A DNA stretch of 64,000 bases from Antedon mediterranea. Its lineage: Eukaryota; Animalia; Echinodermata. The position numbers and the translations under genes are program-made. The stretch covers positions 5,602,101-5,666,100 of the forward strand of contig NC_092677.1 in the NCBI RefSeq assembly GCF_964355755.1, read 5' to 3'. Below are positions 23,943-37,161 of this stretch, piece after piece. Within the stretch, counting starts at the first letter, position 1; each line of letters begins with the position of its first letter. Under the pieces are notes generated by a model. It was not told the DNA's origin. It worked only from the letters and a program-made list of their open reading frames with translations, and did no database searches.

Positions 23943-26900
23943 TATAGTAACCATTTAAAATACTGTTATTATGCGATAATATAGCCATAATTATATGCGC
24001 ATATATTGCGGTATAATCATCTTATAGACATATAGTAATTTTTTAACCATTTATTTCCAAAAATTAAAAGGTCGAAATTTGGCCATTTTTCGAAAATTGT
24101 TAAATGGCCAAAATACCAGCTTTTTAAAATACTGTTATTATGCAATATTATTGCTATATATAATATATAAATAAATTCCTGTCATTTGATTGTGGGTCAC
24201 ATGGCGTGCAATAGTACGCACTATTAAACGATCGTATAGTACATTTTACACATTTTTGTGTACGAAAAAAAAACGTTTCGCGGATGAAAAAAAAATCTAG
24301 TGTACAAATTACTATGAAATACAACAGCGCCACCTGTTGTCTTGCTTTTTTTGTTCGTAAACACCAATAAAGGCTGGTTTCCTGTCGACGTAAGAAGTCG
24401 AATTTTGCAACGATTCTTGCGTTTCATACGTTTCTTACGTCTCTTACGAAAGTTGAGAAAAAATTGACGTCGTTGACGTTAGTCAAGATCGTGTCGGGCC
24501 GCAGAGAAACATCTGTAGTTATGCTGCTCCCGAAAGTTGAAATTTTGGCTGTGAAACACACGTCGTATGCTTACGTCGATTTTAGTGTTGTTACGAAAGT
24601 TGAAATTTTTTTCTTACGTCGGTCGGATTTATGACGTATTTGAAACAACATCTCTGATTGGTGTTTCTTTTTAGAGCGGGTTTTATCATTTTTCGCGCAA
24701 AATGTTGAATGTTGTTATTGTAGCCTACCTGTCAGTGCAGCACACCAACATGTTATTTTCAGTAGATAAGCTAGGTCCTAGTATTAGTAAAATACTTAAT
24801 TAATACTGTATGGTACCGTACTAATAGGAATTGATTTGACCAAATAATCAAACTAGCCTAGGCTAGTAGGCCTATGTATTATTTGTATGAATCAAAATAT
24901 GAATTAATTATCCTGGCCCTCTAGGCCTAGCCTTAAATAGTTTTCAAAATTAAAAAAAGGCAAATCATTTCGAGATTCCTATTATTATTAGACCTACCTA
25001 GGCCCTAGACTAGGCATTGGCCTATTGGCCTATAAGCATATATAATCGAGCATGAGATAGTACTACCGCAGTAAGATACCCATTATTTACAGGCCTAATC
25101 TATATATAAATTTACGTAAGGGCAAAATTCGGTAAATCGCGCTTTACTTCTAGAATTTTTACTCGATGGTATATAAAGTTGGTTCGTACTTTCGGTACTG
25201 ATTTTAACCACCTGATGTAACCCTGTTTACTAATTAAATTAAGTTAGATAATTAGTTATTGACGATTAAAACGAATTTAGGTTCAACGATTTGCCCCAAA
25301 TAGGGGTGTTTTCCGATCGTGGTATACACTGTCTAATAATGGATGTCCATCTTGAAAAATACCCGCCACAAAAATGCGAGGAGGCTTCGCATTTTCCTAT
25401 CTCCTCCTACGATAATTGTTTTTAATAGCTGAAAACCGGTTGAACAGCTAGAGTACAGCATCATAATGTTGAAGACAGGCCGATTTTCTTTAAAAAATAC
25501 TATTTTGATTTAATATACGATTATACAAATGTATTGATTTGCGATGAATGGAACATCCCAATCTCTCAGTCTGCCAGAGTTTGGTTTAACACAAGTAGGT
25601 AAATTTATGAGCCCTTGGTTTAACACATACGGTAGGTAAATATATGGGCCCTTTGAGAATAAACTTGAACAATACTGTAAATACCTATTATAATTACCTA
25701 TTTTTGGTCCTCATTTGAATCGAACATTTCTTACTGTGAATGTTCGTACTGTTAGATGTAATATAAAAATATATACAAATAAACTTATTACTGAGATTGT
25801 GGATAGGCTCTACTGTTAGATATATAAACACATTATTATATACAAATAAACTATACTGACATTTCCTTCTCAACGTTTGTATTAATTAATAATTACCAAA
25901 AATATAAACGTCGTAGTGGTGTATCGTGACTATATTTCAATCGATTATGACAATGACAGTTTTAACAAAGTATTAAATCGCAAATGTTTTACTGTATTTA
26001 GAGGTATATTATTTATAGGCCTATAAAACATGAAAAAAATATTTCGTTACTGAGTGCATAAAGAATATATTTAAAAATTGTTACATCTAATGTTACATCT
26101 CCCTGGTTACATACAAAACACAAATTGGGTTTCTTTAAATGAGTCCAAATCAAAAATTTGGACTCATTTTGTGATAAGTTTTTCCTTCGGAAGTAATTCC
26201 CAGGGTGCTAATTTTTGTTGACTACATAAATCATAGTCCTGCGGTACGTACATTTGAAATCGCCAGTTTTGCTACTCTGAAATTACTATGTATTCGAGAA
26301 CCATCTAGTAAGAATAAATTTAACAAAGCAATATAAATTATACAAAATCAAGCAAACAATTTTTTGTTAAAGTTACATATTAATATTATATTGCTTACAG
26401 GGGCTTTCTATATCTTATCTTGTTGCAAATGTTCATTTTCGCGACGTTTCTACCGATGCTGATTGTTTATTGCACGTCCATAAATAAGAGTATTATATTT
26501 TGATATGAGTTGTAAACTCCCTGATTAGAACATGATTAGGCTAAAATTATAGTAGTAAATACATACAAATGTTATTGTCCGGCTTTATTTCACTATAAGG
26601 ACATACACATTACGTCATAACTCTTGTCGCTCATTGGTTGCTTGTTACGATTGCGCTTACGTCTCTTGCGAAAGTTGACTTCAAGTCAACTTTCGTAAGA
26701 GACGTAAGAAACGTGACGCAAGGGCTTTCATTCAAGCGTAAGATAAAAAATCCCGGTTTCCTGTAAAATCGGAAGAAAACGTCGTAACGCAACAATTGTT
26801 AGGTCATCGGTTTCCTGTAAAATCGTTTGTCGTTACCATTTTTCTTACGTTGCGTCGATTTTATAAATTTTCGATCGTAATCGGTTTCCTGTAAAATCCG

Positions 26901-29230
26901 CATTTCTTACGACAAATCGACGTAGTCGCAACAAAAGTGATGTTCTTACGTCGACAGGAAACCAGCCTTAAGCAGCAACAGATTTTTGTGTACGATTTGG
27001 AGATATATATGTACTAATTTCATTTAAAAATGCATTTAAATTAGCTTTAGATCTTAGATTAGGATTAATTAATGGGGACATCCCTACGTGGAATCGTTGG
27101 AAAAAACATAATTAGCCTATATATAGTTCCAGTTGCCTGTCGAAGTTTCGTATTGCTGTAGGCTACGTGTAGCCTAGCTGGGCCTAGTATTAGGATAGGC
27201 CTTAGGCGTTTTAGACTTGCTAGACCTAGTATTGTTTGGTCGGTTTTTTTTTTACATAATTAACACTACACTACAGTAGGTGCGTTTATAAAATCCATAT
27301 AAATAATAATATTTAATATCTTTGTTAAAAACCAAATGTTACTGTTTTAATCAATGTGAATCAGATGTAGGCCTTGGCTAGGCCTACCTTTTATTTGATT
27401 CAATAGTCAGCTGTGTGACTTAGGCAATTAAGGAGAGGAGACTCATGAATTTTTAAATAAAATAAGAAATACATTTTTATAGTATATTTTTTAACCCATT
27501 TGTTACAAATTCTTTCTCTTTTATTGCTACTTTTCTTTTCTAAAATCATCAGTGTTAATTTTAATCTGAGGAGCTGATGCTATTAAATTTTGTTACTTAA
27601 AGGTAGCACTTTTTGTATATAGATGATATCGACAGCCTCATAACAAAAGTGTCTAAGTCATAATTTTTTTTTCTGCCTAACTCACTGCTTATATCAATAT
27701 ACTATATTTGTTGTGTTTCTGCCTAAGTCAGCATAATAATAGTACAGGGATTTTTTTCGAAAAATGGCCAAATTTTGACCTTTTTATTTTTGGACATAAA
27801 TTGTTACTATAGGTCTATAACATGATTGTAACGCAACATATGCGCATATATAGTAATATTATTGCATAATAACAGTATTTTAAAAAGTGCATTTTTTGGG
27901 CATTTTTTGCCAAATTTCGACCTTTTTATTTTTGGACATAAATGGTTACTATTACTATAGGTCTATAAGATGATTGTAACGCAATATATGCGCATATATA
28001 GCAATATTATTGCATATTAACAGTATTTAAAAAATTGCGTTTGGCCATTTTCTGAAAAAATCCCTGTACTATAGTACATGGATTTTTTCGAAAAATTGCC
28101 AAATTTCGACCTTTTTATTTTTGCACATAAATGGTTACTATAGGTCTATAACATAATTGTAACGCAATATATGCGCATATATAGCAATATTATTGCATAA
28201 TAACAGTATTTTAAAAGGTGCGTTTTTTGGCCATTTTATTGCATAATAAACATGGGAGGAGACGAATAATGGATTCTGCGAATGTCAATTGTCATATAGT
28301 AACCAGTTTTGACATAAATGGTTACTATAGCATAATAATAATCATGCGCAGAGTCGTGTAATGGGTTCTGCGCATGTTAATTGTGCTATAGTAACCAGTT
28401 TTATCGAAAAATAAATAGGTCGAAAATTGGCCATTTTTTGAAAAAATCCATTATAGTACAGGGAAATTTTCGAAAAATGGTCGATTTTCGACCCTTTTAT
28501 TTTTTGACATAAATGGTTACTATTGCATAATAAACATGTGCGGAGACGAATAATGGGTTCTGCGCATGTCAATTGTGCTATAGTAACCAGTTTTGACATA
28601 AATGGTTACTATAGCATAATAAACATGCGCAGAGTCATCTAATGGGTTCTGCGCATGTTAATTGTGCTATAGTAACCAGTTTTTTCGAAAAATACAAAGG
28701 TCGAAAATTTGCCATTTTTTGAAAAACTCCCTGTACTATAGTACAGGGAAATTTTCGAAAAATGGTCGATTTTCGACCCTTTTATTTTTTTACAAAAATG
28801 GTTACTATTGCATAATAAACATGCGCGGAGACGAATAATGGGCTCTGCGCATGTCAATTGTGCTATAGTAACCAGTTTTGACATAAATGGTTACTATAGC
28901 ATAATAAACATGCGCAGAGTCATCTGGTTCTGCGCATGTCAATTGTGCTATAGTAACCAGTTTTATCGAAAAATTAAAATGCTATAGCATAATAAACATG
29001 CGCAGAACCCATTATTCGTGCATTTAAATGTGCATTTTATATTGCGTTATAATCATCTTAAATAAAATATTAGATCTATACTGTAGAACATGGACATTTT
29101 TGGAAAGTGGACAAATATCGACTCTTTAAATTGATGTATTCAGTGCAGATCACATTTTCTAATTCTGCGCATGCTATTTTGCAAATAACATGCGCAGCCC
29201 ACATTACGTAATTCTGCGCATGTCATTCTG
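23943..29230. mobile_element. Large degenerate DNA-transposon-like element with inverted subterminal repeat arrays
   Basis: 23943-24150 is the reverse complement of units repeated at about 27740-28230 (cgaaaaatggccaaattt.gacctttttatt...tatgcgcatata...aacagtattttaaaa). Further arrays of gcgcatgtcaattgtgctatagtaaccagtttt at 28250-29230. No transposase ORF; boundaries approximate. Confidence 0.55.
24371..26968. mobile_element. Non-autonomous PIF/Harbinger-type DNA transposon, about 2.6 kb
   Basis: Perfect 26-bp TIR aggctggtttcctgtcgacgtaagaa (24371-24396) / ttcttacgtcgacaggaaaccagcct (26943-26968), TAA on both sides (24368-24370, 26969-26971), and subterminal ggtttcctgtaaaatc repeated three times. 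Confidence 0.85.
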
Positions 29231-29324
29231 TCAAAAAAATGTATATGTTTTTTATGTTTTAAGAGAAAAATTTTTAAAGCAAGATATTTCTGACTAATAT
29301 TCTTTTTACTAACTATACATTTTC

Positions 29325-32300
29325 TTACAGCATAGTTTTCACTCCATAATTGCTTTTGACGGTCAGCGTGGCAGATCCTTTGAATAGTTTCATCTGAAAC
29401 GCCCTCATAACTTTACACACGTACTTGCCATCATCTGCCTTGCTGACGTCATTAATGAACAGAGTACATCTTCCATTATCTTCCAACTCCGTGTAATACT
29501 TGCTGCCTGGTTTAGTGACGTCAGTTGTCGAGGCTATGACGGTGCCGTTAAATTTACCATGCTGGTTGTTTCGGTACCACATAACTCCGGTAATTTCCTC
29601 ACCCGGTGGTAGGATTCTGCACTCAATATAGGTACTTCTGTCCCCAACCATTGCCGTCTGATTATATACATGAACTGTTAGGTTACCTGAAAAATAGAAC
29701 CTTTATTCAGTAAGGTAGACACAATTGTATGCAGTTCTGTTGTAATTAATTGTCAGTAGTCAGTCCTATGACAAACAGTATGTAAAATATGCATTTGTCG
29801 TCAAGCTCTGGAGAATCAATTTTTCAATCTTTTTTTGCGACTATGAGACTGTATTTTGTATGTACACATACCTTCTATTAAACAAGAGACAGAGGAAAGG
29901 GACTAATAATACTGTGTGTCTACATGAAAAAAATAGTCTAAGTTTAACTGAATATGTTTAATTCACGTGTAGACTAGGCCTACACGTGACAAACATAGTC
30001 CTTAATAATATGTGTCTCCTAAATGTAAACATATTAATTTGTATTTACAGTTAACAGTAAGAGTCCCCATTCCACTTGCTGCTGCACCGCTGTCGTACTC
30101 TTCCTCCTCACTGTTTACAAAACAAGCATACTTCCCGCCGTCATCAACTTTAACATCCCGGATGATAAGTAAGCCCCTCCCTTTCTCTTCGTCTATAATT
30201 GCCTCGTACTTGGGGGTCCTTTGAACGTAGTCATCGTTGCTAGATGCAATAGCCTCTGTATAATTGTCGAATTTTCGAAACCAAGTGGTGGTCCTGATAG
30301 CGCTTGTTTTGGGGAATATTTCACAGACGATTGAACTACTTTCAGATGCTTCTTCTACCTGCACATTGCGAACATGTGCCACAAGTTTCGCTGAAACAGA
30401 ATTCATACATTTAATATTTTAATTTGTACTAACAATTAAGTTTTTGAGAAAACATTGGTTTAGAAAACATTGGTTTAGAAAACGTACAGCCCAAATCTTC
30501 AACGAAAATAAAAAGAAGATTGGACAATCTTCTCATTCACTCCATCACAAAAACCCTGAAAAATAGTAGCTTTTTTTTAACAGACTCGGCGCATTAGATC
30601 GGATTGATCTTCGTAACACATACATTATTTTAAGATTCCCGAACAATTAAACTGCGTCTAAAGACTGAACTAAAAGATTATGATAAAAAGGATCGTAAAG
30701 AGTACAACCACAAGCCACCACCAGGTGACTACTGCCCTGTAGCAACTTCTACTTACGTTCGACAGAGAGCATAAAGCTTTTTACATGAGTTTCGTCATTT
30801 TTCATCAGAACTGTCAGTTTGTAGAGACCAGCATCATACGGGATCAAGTCATCAATTGTCAATTTGAAAGAACCCGGCTCTCCAAATTCCACAGCATATC
30901 GATTTAAATCTGGACAAAATAAAATCGGTTTAGAAAGTGTTTGTGTACTACACTTTACTTTACGCATTAGGCATTTCTTTAGAAACGTTTCAAATGCATC
31001 ATTCCTCCACTTCCGTTTATTTTTTCCATCAGTACAATATGCAATGTGTAAAGCTCTGTCTACACTATCAAAGTTTATGTGAAAAAACATGTAATAATAA
31101 TGATGATAACATAATGCTGTCATATCACTACCATATTTGGGCATATCACTACCATATTTGGCCACTTTACACTTTTTTTGTCAAATAAGTTTGATAGTGT
31201 AGACAGAGCTTTAAGAAACATCCATTTTACTGAATGATGGAAAACAACAACACTGATGAACAAATTCCTTTTTATTGTACTAAACAATCATTATCTAATT
31301 TTATTTCAAATATTTTTAAACATAAGTGGATTATCATACCTTTATTATCAGATTTCTTCAATGTACCTGACTGATAAAAATATGAAAATTAATTTTAAAC
31401 GTGATTTACTGTGCAAATCTTAGACAAACCTATTGTAGAGCCTGTTTCCTACTTCCCGAATTTATTTGCTCAAATCAATGACCAACATGTATTATAATTT
31501 CACCCACTTTTAGTGAAGCGAAACCAACTAGGAATGCTCGATTAGTGCGAATACATTCGCTTAGTGGAAAAAAGGTTTTAAGTTGAATCTTTATGAAGCA
31601 ATTTAGCAATATCATTATTTCATTTTCTTTTTATTGAGTAAAATGTGTTAATAGCTAAGGAAATAATGCACTACATAAAAATTACTGCAAGACACTTTTT
31701 GACAGAAAGTAAAGAACACAAAATGCATTATGTAGTTTTATCAGGGAAGAAATGAACTTACACAATTTTACTATGTTTTTTTTTAAAAGATATTTTAAAC
31801 ATTATGTAATATAATAAGAAAGTGTATATCGTGATGTAATATAAACAAATATGCTAAGGCGGAAAATACATAACAAAATATTGAAACTGTAATCAATGAT
31901 ATAGAAACTGAAATTTCATTATAATATTTAGATTAAATTATGTTTCGATAACACAGTATTAAAATCATAAAGATAATAGACGTCGATTATAATTACACTT
32001 ACTGTTTCGTATGGAATGTAATCATAGCCCTGCTGTTTATGTGCACTGGTGCTTTGATTATTGTCCTAAAACAATTGTACAGAAATATAAAAGTATGAAA
32101 AACAAGTGGTAAAACAAGGCAATATACCGACGACCGATCAACCGACCGACCGACATAGTGAGCTCTGCACACGACTAAAAAACTAAAAAGGTCCCGGGTA
32201 ATGCTTGGTTCCCACTATAGACGCAACACAATGCAACGTAAGTGATTTGACCAATCACAAGCAAAGGATTTCGTTGCCTCTACATCCCGCATTGCGTTTC

Positions 32301-35300
32301 TAGTGGGAACCGAACTTAAGGGATCATCTGGAGGATTGCTTTCCCTTACTCATGACAGCCTTGTCCATGGCGGGTCTAACCCTGTGTAAATGTGGCGTGA
32401 ACATTGACGGTACATGTACATAAACTTAGTGAAATAAAAATATATAACATAATAATAATAATCAAAAGGCTTGTGACGAAATGTAAGTAATTTGACCAAT
32501 CCGAAAGCGATGGATTATTCAAACTGTTGATTGAACGTCCTTGCTGTGCGTCTCTAGTGGGAACCAAGCTTAACTATGCATATAAATTAAATCTCATTTG
32601 AGGCTTAGGAAGTGGAGTAAAAACAGCCCTTTGCGCCAAAGTATGTTTTGTATTGCACCCTAACACTTGGTCAGGATTGAACCCTTGTTCTTAGGATTAG
32701 AAGGCAAGCAAAAACTCCAGTACTAATTTTTAATGCACAAAAAACAAAACTGTATATTTCCTGCAAAGTTTTAACATAAACAAATGAACAATATTTAAAA
32801 TATTGGATTATCCTTATTATTTGTTAAATCTATACTTTCAATTTGAACATTTTATTGATATAAAACCAGGCGATACATACCTTGATTTCGTCATAATTAT
32901 TATCCAGAATGAAGTAAGGTCTGACTAAATCATTGCTTGATCCATCCATTGGTCCAGAGTAAACGTTTCCTGACCCAATGGCTTTCATACGAGTTCTGAA
33001 ATAAAAAAAAAAGTTTTTTAAAAGTGTTCATGCTAACATTGTGCATTACTTTGTGAAAATCTCAAAGACAACATGTCTTACCGTTTAGCTTCTTTATTTG
33101 TTGTGATAAGGCCTACATTAAAAAAGAATGTATGAAAGTGATTTATTTATAATTGTATATACTAAAACTGGATGTTGAATAGACATATTTAAAAAAGGAA
33201 ATACATATTAATCGTTTAAAAAAATTAATAATGCGATTATTCAAAACTAGAATTATTTTCGAATATCCAGAGTCCAGCTATTTCTATGTGGAACGTCAAA
33301 CATGTACTCAATATTATCTTAGTTGTGTTAGGGTTAAGAATGTGTACGATTTCCAGAAATTGTTGATGTTGTCATCGATTATGATTGGTCAATTCTTTTG
33401 ATTTTGCACTAACTTATAAGACTCAAACTATACCTGTATTAAATGTGACAATGTGATCCGTTTTGTCCTCTTCTTTGTTGATTTTGAACCACGAGATACT
33501 GGCAATCTTGGCATTCATAGGTTCATAGGTCAACACAATGTTTGCTGAAGCACCTTCGTTGAATTCGAAGTCATCGTCAACAAATAGTTTGAACGGCAAT
33601 ATTTGTTTCTTAAATGCTGCACCTACAGGTATAAACAATAATAATACACAGTAAGTAATAATTAATAATGTCACTAATCAAACAACGTTAAGCTACATTC
33701 ACACGGTTCCATGTTGTTAGATAATGGAAAATAAATCATGTAAGGAGATAATTGAAGAGCCATTTTCCATTCCGTGTAAATGTAGCTTATAATACCACAC
33801 AACTAATCAACGAAATGTGATAAACAACATGTTTATTATTTATTGGAGGCCTATACATATTTCCTTTTTTAAAATTTCATTTAGGCCTACTTTTGTTCTA
33901 AAATTGGAAATTGTTTCATTAGATTATATTGGTCCTTTTAACTTTTGCTATTGGTCTTAGTTTCTTCTTACCTTTGAACATGAAACCCAAAGACATTCCA
34001 ATGATTATAACTACAACGAACACAGATATCCAAATCAAGATAAAGGTCTTCTTCCTATCCTTTTTATCAGAATCTATTAAAAAATAAAAATATATGTATA
34101 ATTTTGTACTATTTAATCATGGTGTTTTTGATGAGATATTTTAGTAATTTTATTTATACCAATGTATATACTGTGTATACTAAACTATACTGTAAAAGTT
34201 TGAAAATTAGCTAATATGCATATTTTACTTTTTTTATTTACTATAATTACAGGTGTAAGTAAATTCCAGAAAATAATGAAAAAGGTGAGGGTAATATAGA
34301 AAGATAATGGATATAATGTATAATATATTTGTGATATATGACGAACGAATAAAAGTTGTAGTTTACACCACAAAAGAGAGAGAATAAAAAAAAGTTTATT
34401 TGTAATGCAGTAACGAATATTGAAAAGAAGAAAAACCCAGAATGAATAGAAAGGAGAAACATATAAAGTGACAGTGCTGACAATTAATCATAGGGCTAAT
34501 AGGCCTAATATAAAAAAAAATAAAATAAGATACTATAATTCTCCGTTTATACTTACTAGATGAGTCCAGTCCTTCTATATTGCTCGTCTGGTTCATAATA
34601 CCTATACCTGTTTCAACACTAATACGACAGGAATAGTTTCCAACATCATCAGTTTCAGATAAAGTATGAATAATGAGCTTAATCCTAGGTTTTTCTTCAT
34701 GTTTCACAGTGTATTTGGACAAAGTGGTATCTAGTATATTTTCATTACGATACCATGTTACGTTTGGTTTCGTTTTGGGATTTATTTCAGACCACTGGCA
34801 GTAAAATATGTTGACATTTACATCGTTTCCAATTTTCTCGGTGGATGCAGTGAGAGTTGGCGTATCCATATCTTTAACAAAAATATCGACAAAATGACAT
34901 AGTAATAATTATTGTTTTTAAAGGAAGAAATCATTATTAATTAATACCTGCTAAATAGCCATTTAGCTGAGTCTATGTTTGGTATGAAATAGAACGGCAG
35001 TTGCAAGAAATAAACGTATAAACTTGATTAGTAGCCAGAGCTTTATGTTTATAATATAATATATATATAATGCACTGTATTATTATACGGAAATATAAAA
35101 TAACTCACAATATACATCCAGGTGATATGTCGTAATGACATCATTTTCCCCGCCACTTTCAACAACTTGAACAGTGTAATGTCCTGTATCCTCTCTGCTT
35201 ACATTTTTTATCCTCAAATCTCCATAGGGATCAACGATCGAAAATTTTGGAGATTTAGTTGTATTACCAGAATTAATGATAATTTGTTTAATATTTATTT

Positions 35301-35803
35301 TTTCATCTTTGAACCAACTTATCGATTGTATTTTGTCATTTCGAATACCACCTCCAGCAGGAATTGTGATTATTTCACCTTCAATTATTGACAGTTCTGA
35401 CTGTGTGGCTAGAAAAAAACAACAAAAAAACACAATACAATTTTACCATCTCATTTAGTCGTGTTCGTACTGTAACCTAAACGTAAAGCTAAGTAATACC
35501 ATACTTGTAGGCAGGTGTTTTATATGTACACAGATAATGATTATTAACAGAACAATAAGAGAAAACCCTTTTACTTATACTTGGTATAGTTGGGCTCTTT
35601 ATGCTTGTGATGTCTGATGTCTCAATTTTTAAGAGATTTTTAAGTATTTAATTAGTCCTATGACACTTGCAAGTGTTGCAGTATTGGAATAAGCAAGTCT
35701 ATCATCGGAACAATAACCACTGATGTTTATTAAACTTACCGATGGCATTTTCAATAAAAAACAGTAGGACGTATACGGACAGGAACACAAATTGTGCCAT
35801 CAT
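29325..35803 (-). CDS. Ig-superfamily type I receptor A (about 688 aa): SP-Ig-Ig-TM-[split Ig with Tyr-rich insert]-Ig-Ig
   Basis: Exons 35803-35740 (MMAQFVFLSVYVLLFFIENAI), 35408-35109 (Ig), 34871-34557 (Ig), 34073-33972 (TM FILIWISVFVVVIIIGMSLGFMF), 33622-33434 (Ig first half), 33112-33082, 32995-32881, 32065-32003, 31370-31340, 30909-30757 (Ig second half), 30390-30049 (Ig), 29686-29325 (Ig and stop). All introns GT-AG, all phases compatible, 2067 nt total. Confidence 0.8.
31050..31211. mobile_element. MITE with TIR aagctctgtctacactatcaaa
   Basis: Perfect inverted termini flanked by TA. A partial copy of the right end lies at about 7192-7253. Confidence 0.8.
32201..32571. mobile_element. 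Two MITE copies of the ggttcccactag family
   Basis: gcttggttcccacta...ctagtgggaacc (32201-32317) and a left-degenerate copy ending ctagtgggaaccaagctt (32571); internal tgaccaatcacaagc as at 1060. Confidence 0.7.
33690..33788. mobile_element. Short MITE
   Basis: TIR aagctacattcacacgg / ccgtgtaaatgtagctt flanked by TA. Confidence 0.6.
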
Positions 35804-37161
35804 CTAAAGAAAAGAAATATTAGTTTTACCAAGTTTATGACATTGACTGAATAATGTAATGTAATAGTAATACTTACAAATCCGATTTGACAGTGGTTAT
35901 AGGCCTACTTTTGTTATGTGGCATTTTAAACGTTTTTTTTTTTCGATTTAACTTCTCAATAATGGTACTTGAACGGGAAACATTGCAAAACCGGGAAGTT
36001 TGAAAATGTTAGTGGCCTTTCAACTAATATACCATCCTACTGTATACTGTAGACATACTCATATTATGATCCGTATGAATGAGACGTGCGTCAGCATCAA
36101 CATGGTAACTTGTACCACAAGAATTAACCAAATATTGGTATATTCTCGAGGGCATGAAACTGTAATTAAACTAGATTATTATTGAAACAGTAAAGTAATT
36201 TACACAAAAACGGTCATATAAGAAATAAATAATACTCACTACACCAAAATGCTTCTTGTATCAATGTAGAAAACACAATAACACGATAGTGAAAATAATC
36301 ATCGCCTACATTAAATCTTTATAACATAGTTTTATTTTCAGTTTCCATAATTGATTTTGCACGAATTAAATTAAAGCGTATTATCAAAAGTAATTTAATA
36401 TTTAATTTTCTTCCGGGTAGAAAAAATACCTGTTTTAACTAATATATTTTAGAACTACCATAAGTGTCAGAATTGTTTTAAACATGAATATTGGTGAAAC
36501 TACATCATGTACACAAATAAATGTATATACTCTTTTATTAAAACAAAATAAAACATTTATATTTTTTTTAAATATGCCTTTATTATCACATTGTCTACTT
36601 CGGTTTAGATAATTGCTGTTGTATTATTATTGTATTAACTTTATACAATTTAACATTTAAAAAGTTCATTACAGTAGTTTTACAACGACTGAATAATATA
36701 TTATTCTTAATGTCGTATGCTACTTATTTTCTATATTCTACGCGATACATTGTATTACGACTTCATTTTATCCTATACTATTTAAATACAACAATGACAA
36801 TAACACCAATTAGTGGCTGATAATAAATATTATAATTAGTATGCCTAAAACTAGAAATCACAGTTTATAAAAATTAGTGTATAAAGAAATTTTAAACTTG
36901 ACTGAAATGAAAAGTTGCGACGATAAGACAATTTTTAAATTGTTGTATTGCCATTGTGGTCGTGCGATGTAACGGCACATTATTATTCAAACTTGGTGTC
37001 TGTTAACACATAGGCCATTATATCTTTTTCGGCGTACTTAATAGAGTACACACTTCTAGAAATAGGTCTATTGTTTAAAAAAAAAAAATTCATTTTAAAC
37101 TAATTTTGTTCGGTTTTTATATGGTGTTAACATTTTACTTTTTCATCATTAAAATCCTAAT

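Noticed and set aside
28342-28884. Two similar 81-85 aa ORFs (MSKLVTIAQLTC...)
   Set aside because: They come from transposon subterminal repeats and show no protein-like features.
30910-31165. N-terminal part of ORF 30749-31165
   Set aside because: Intron and MITE sequence; the real exon starts at the acceptor at 30909.
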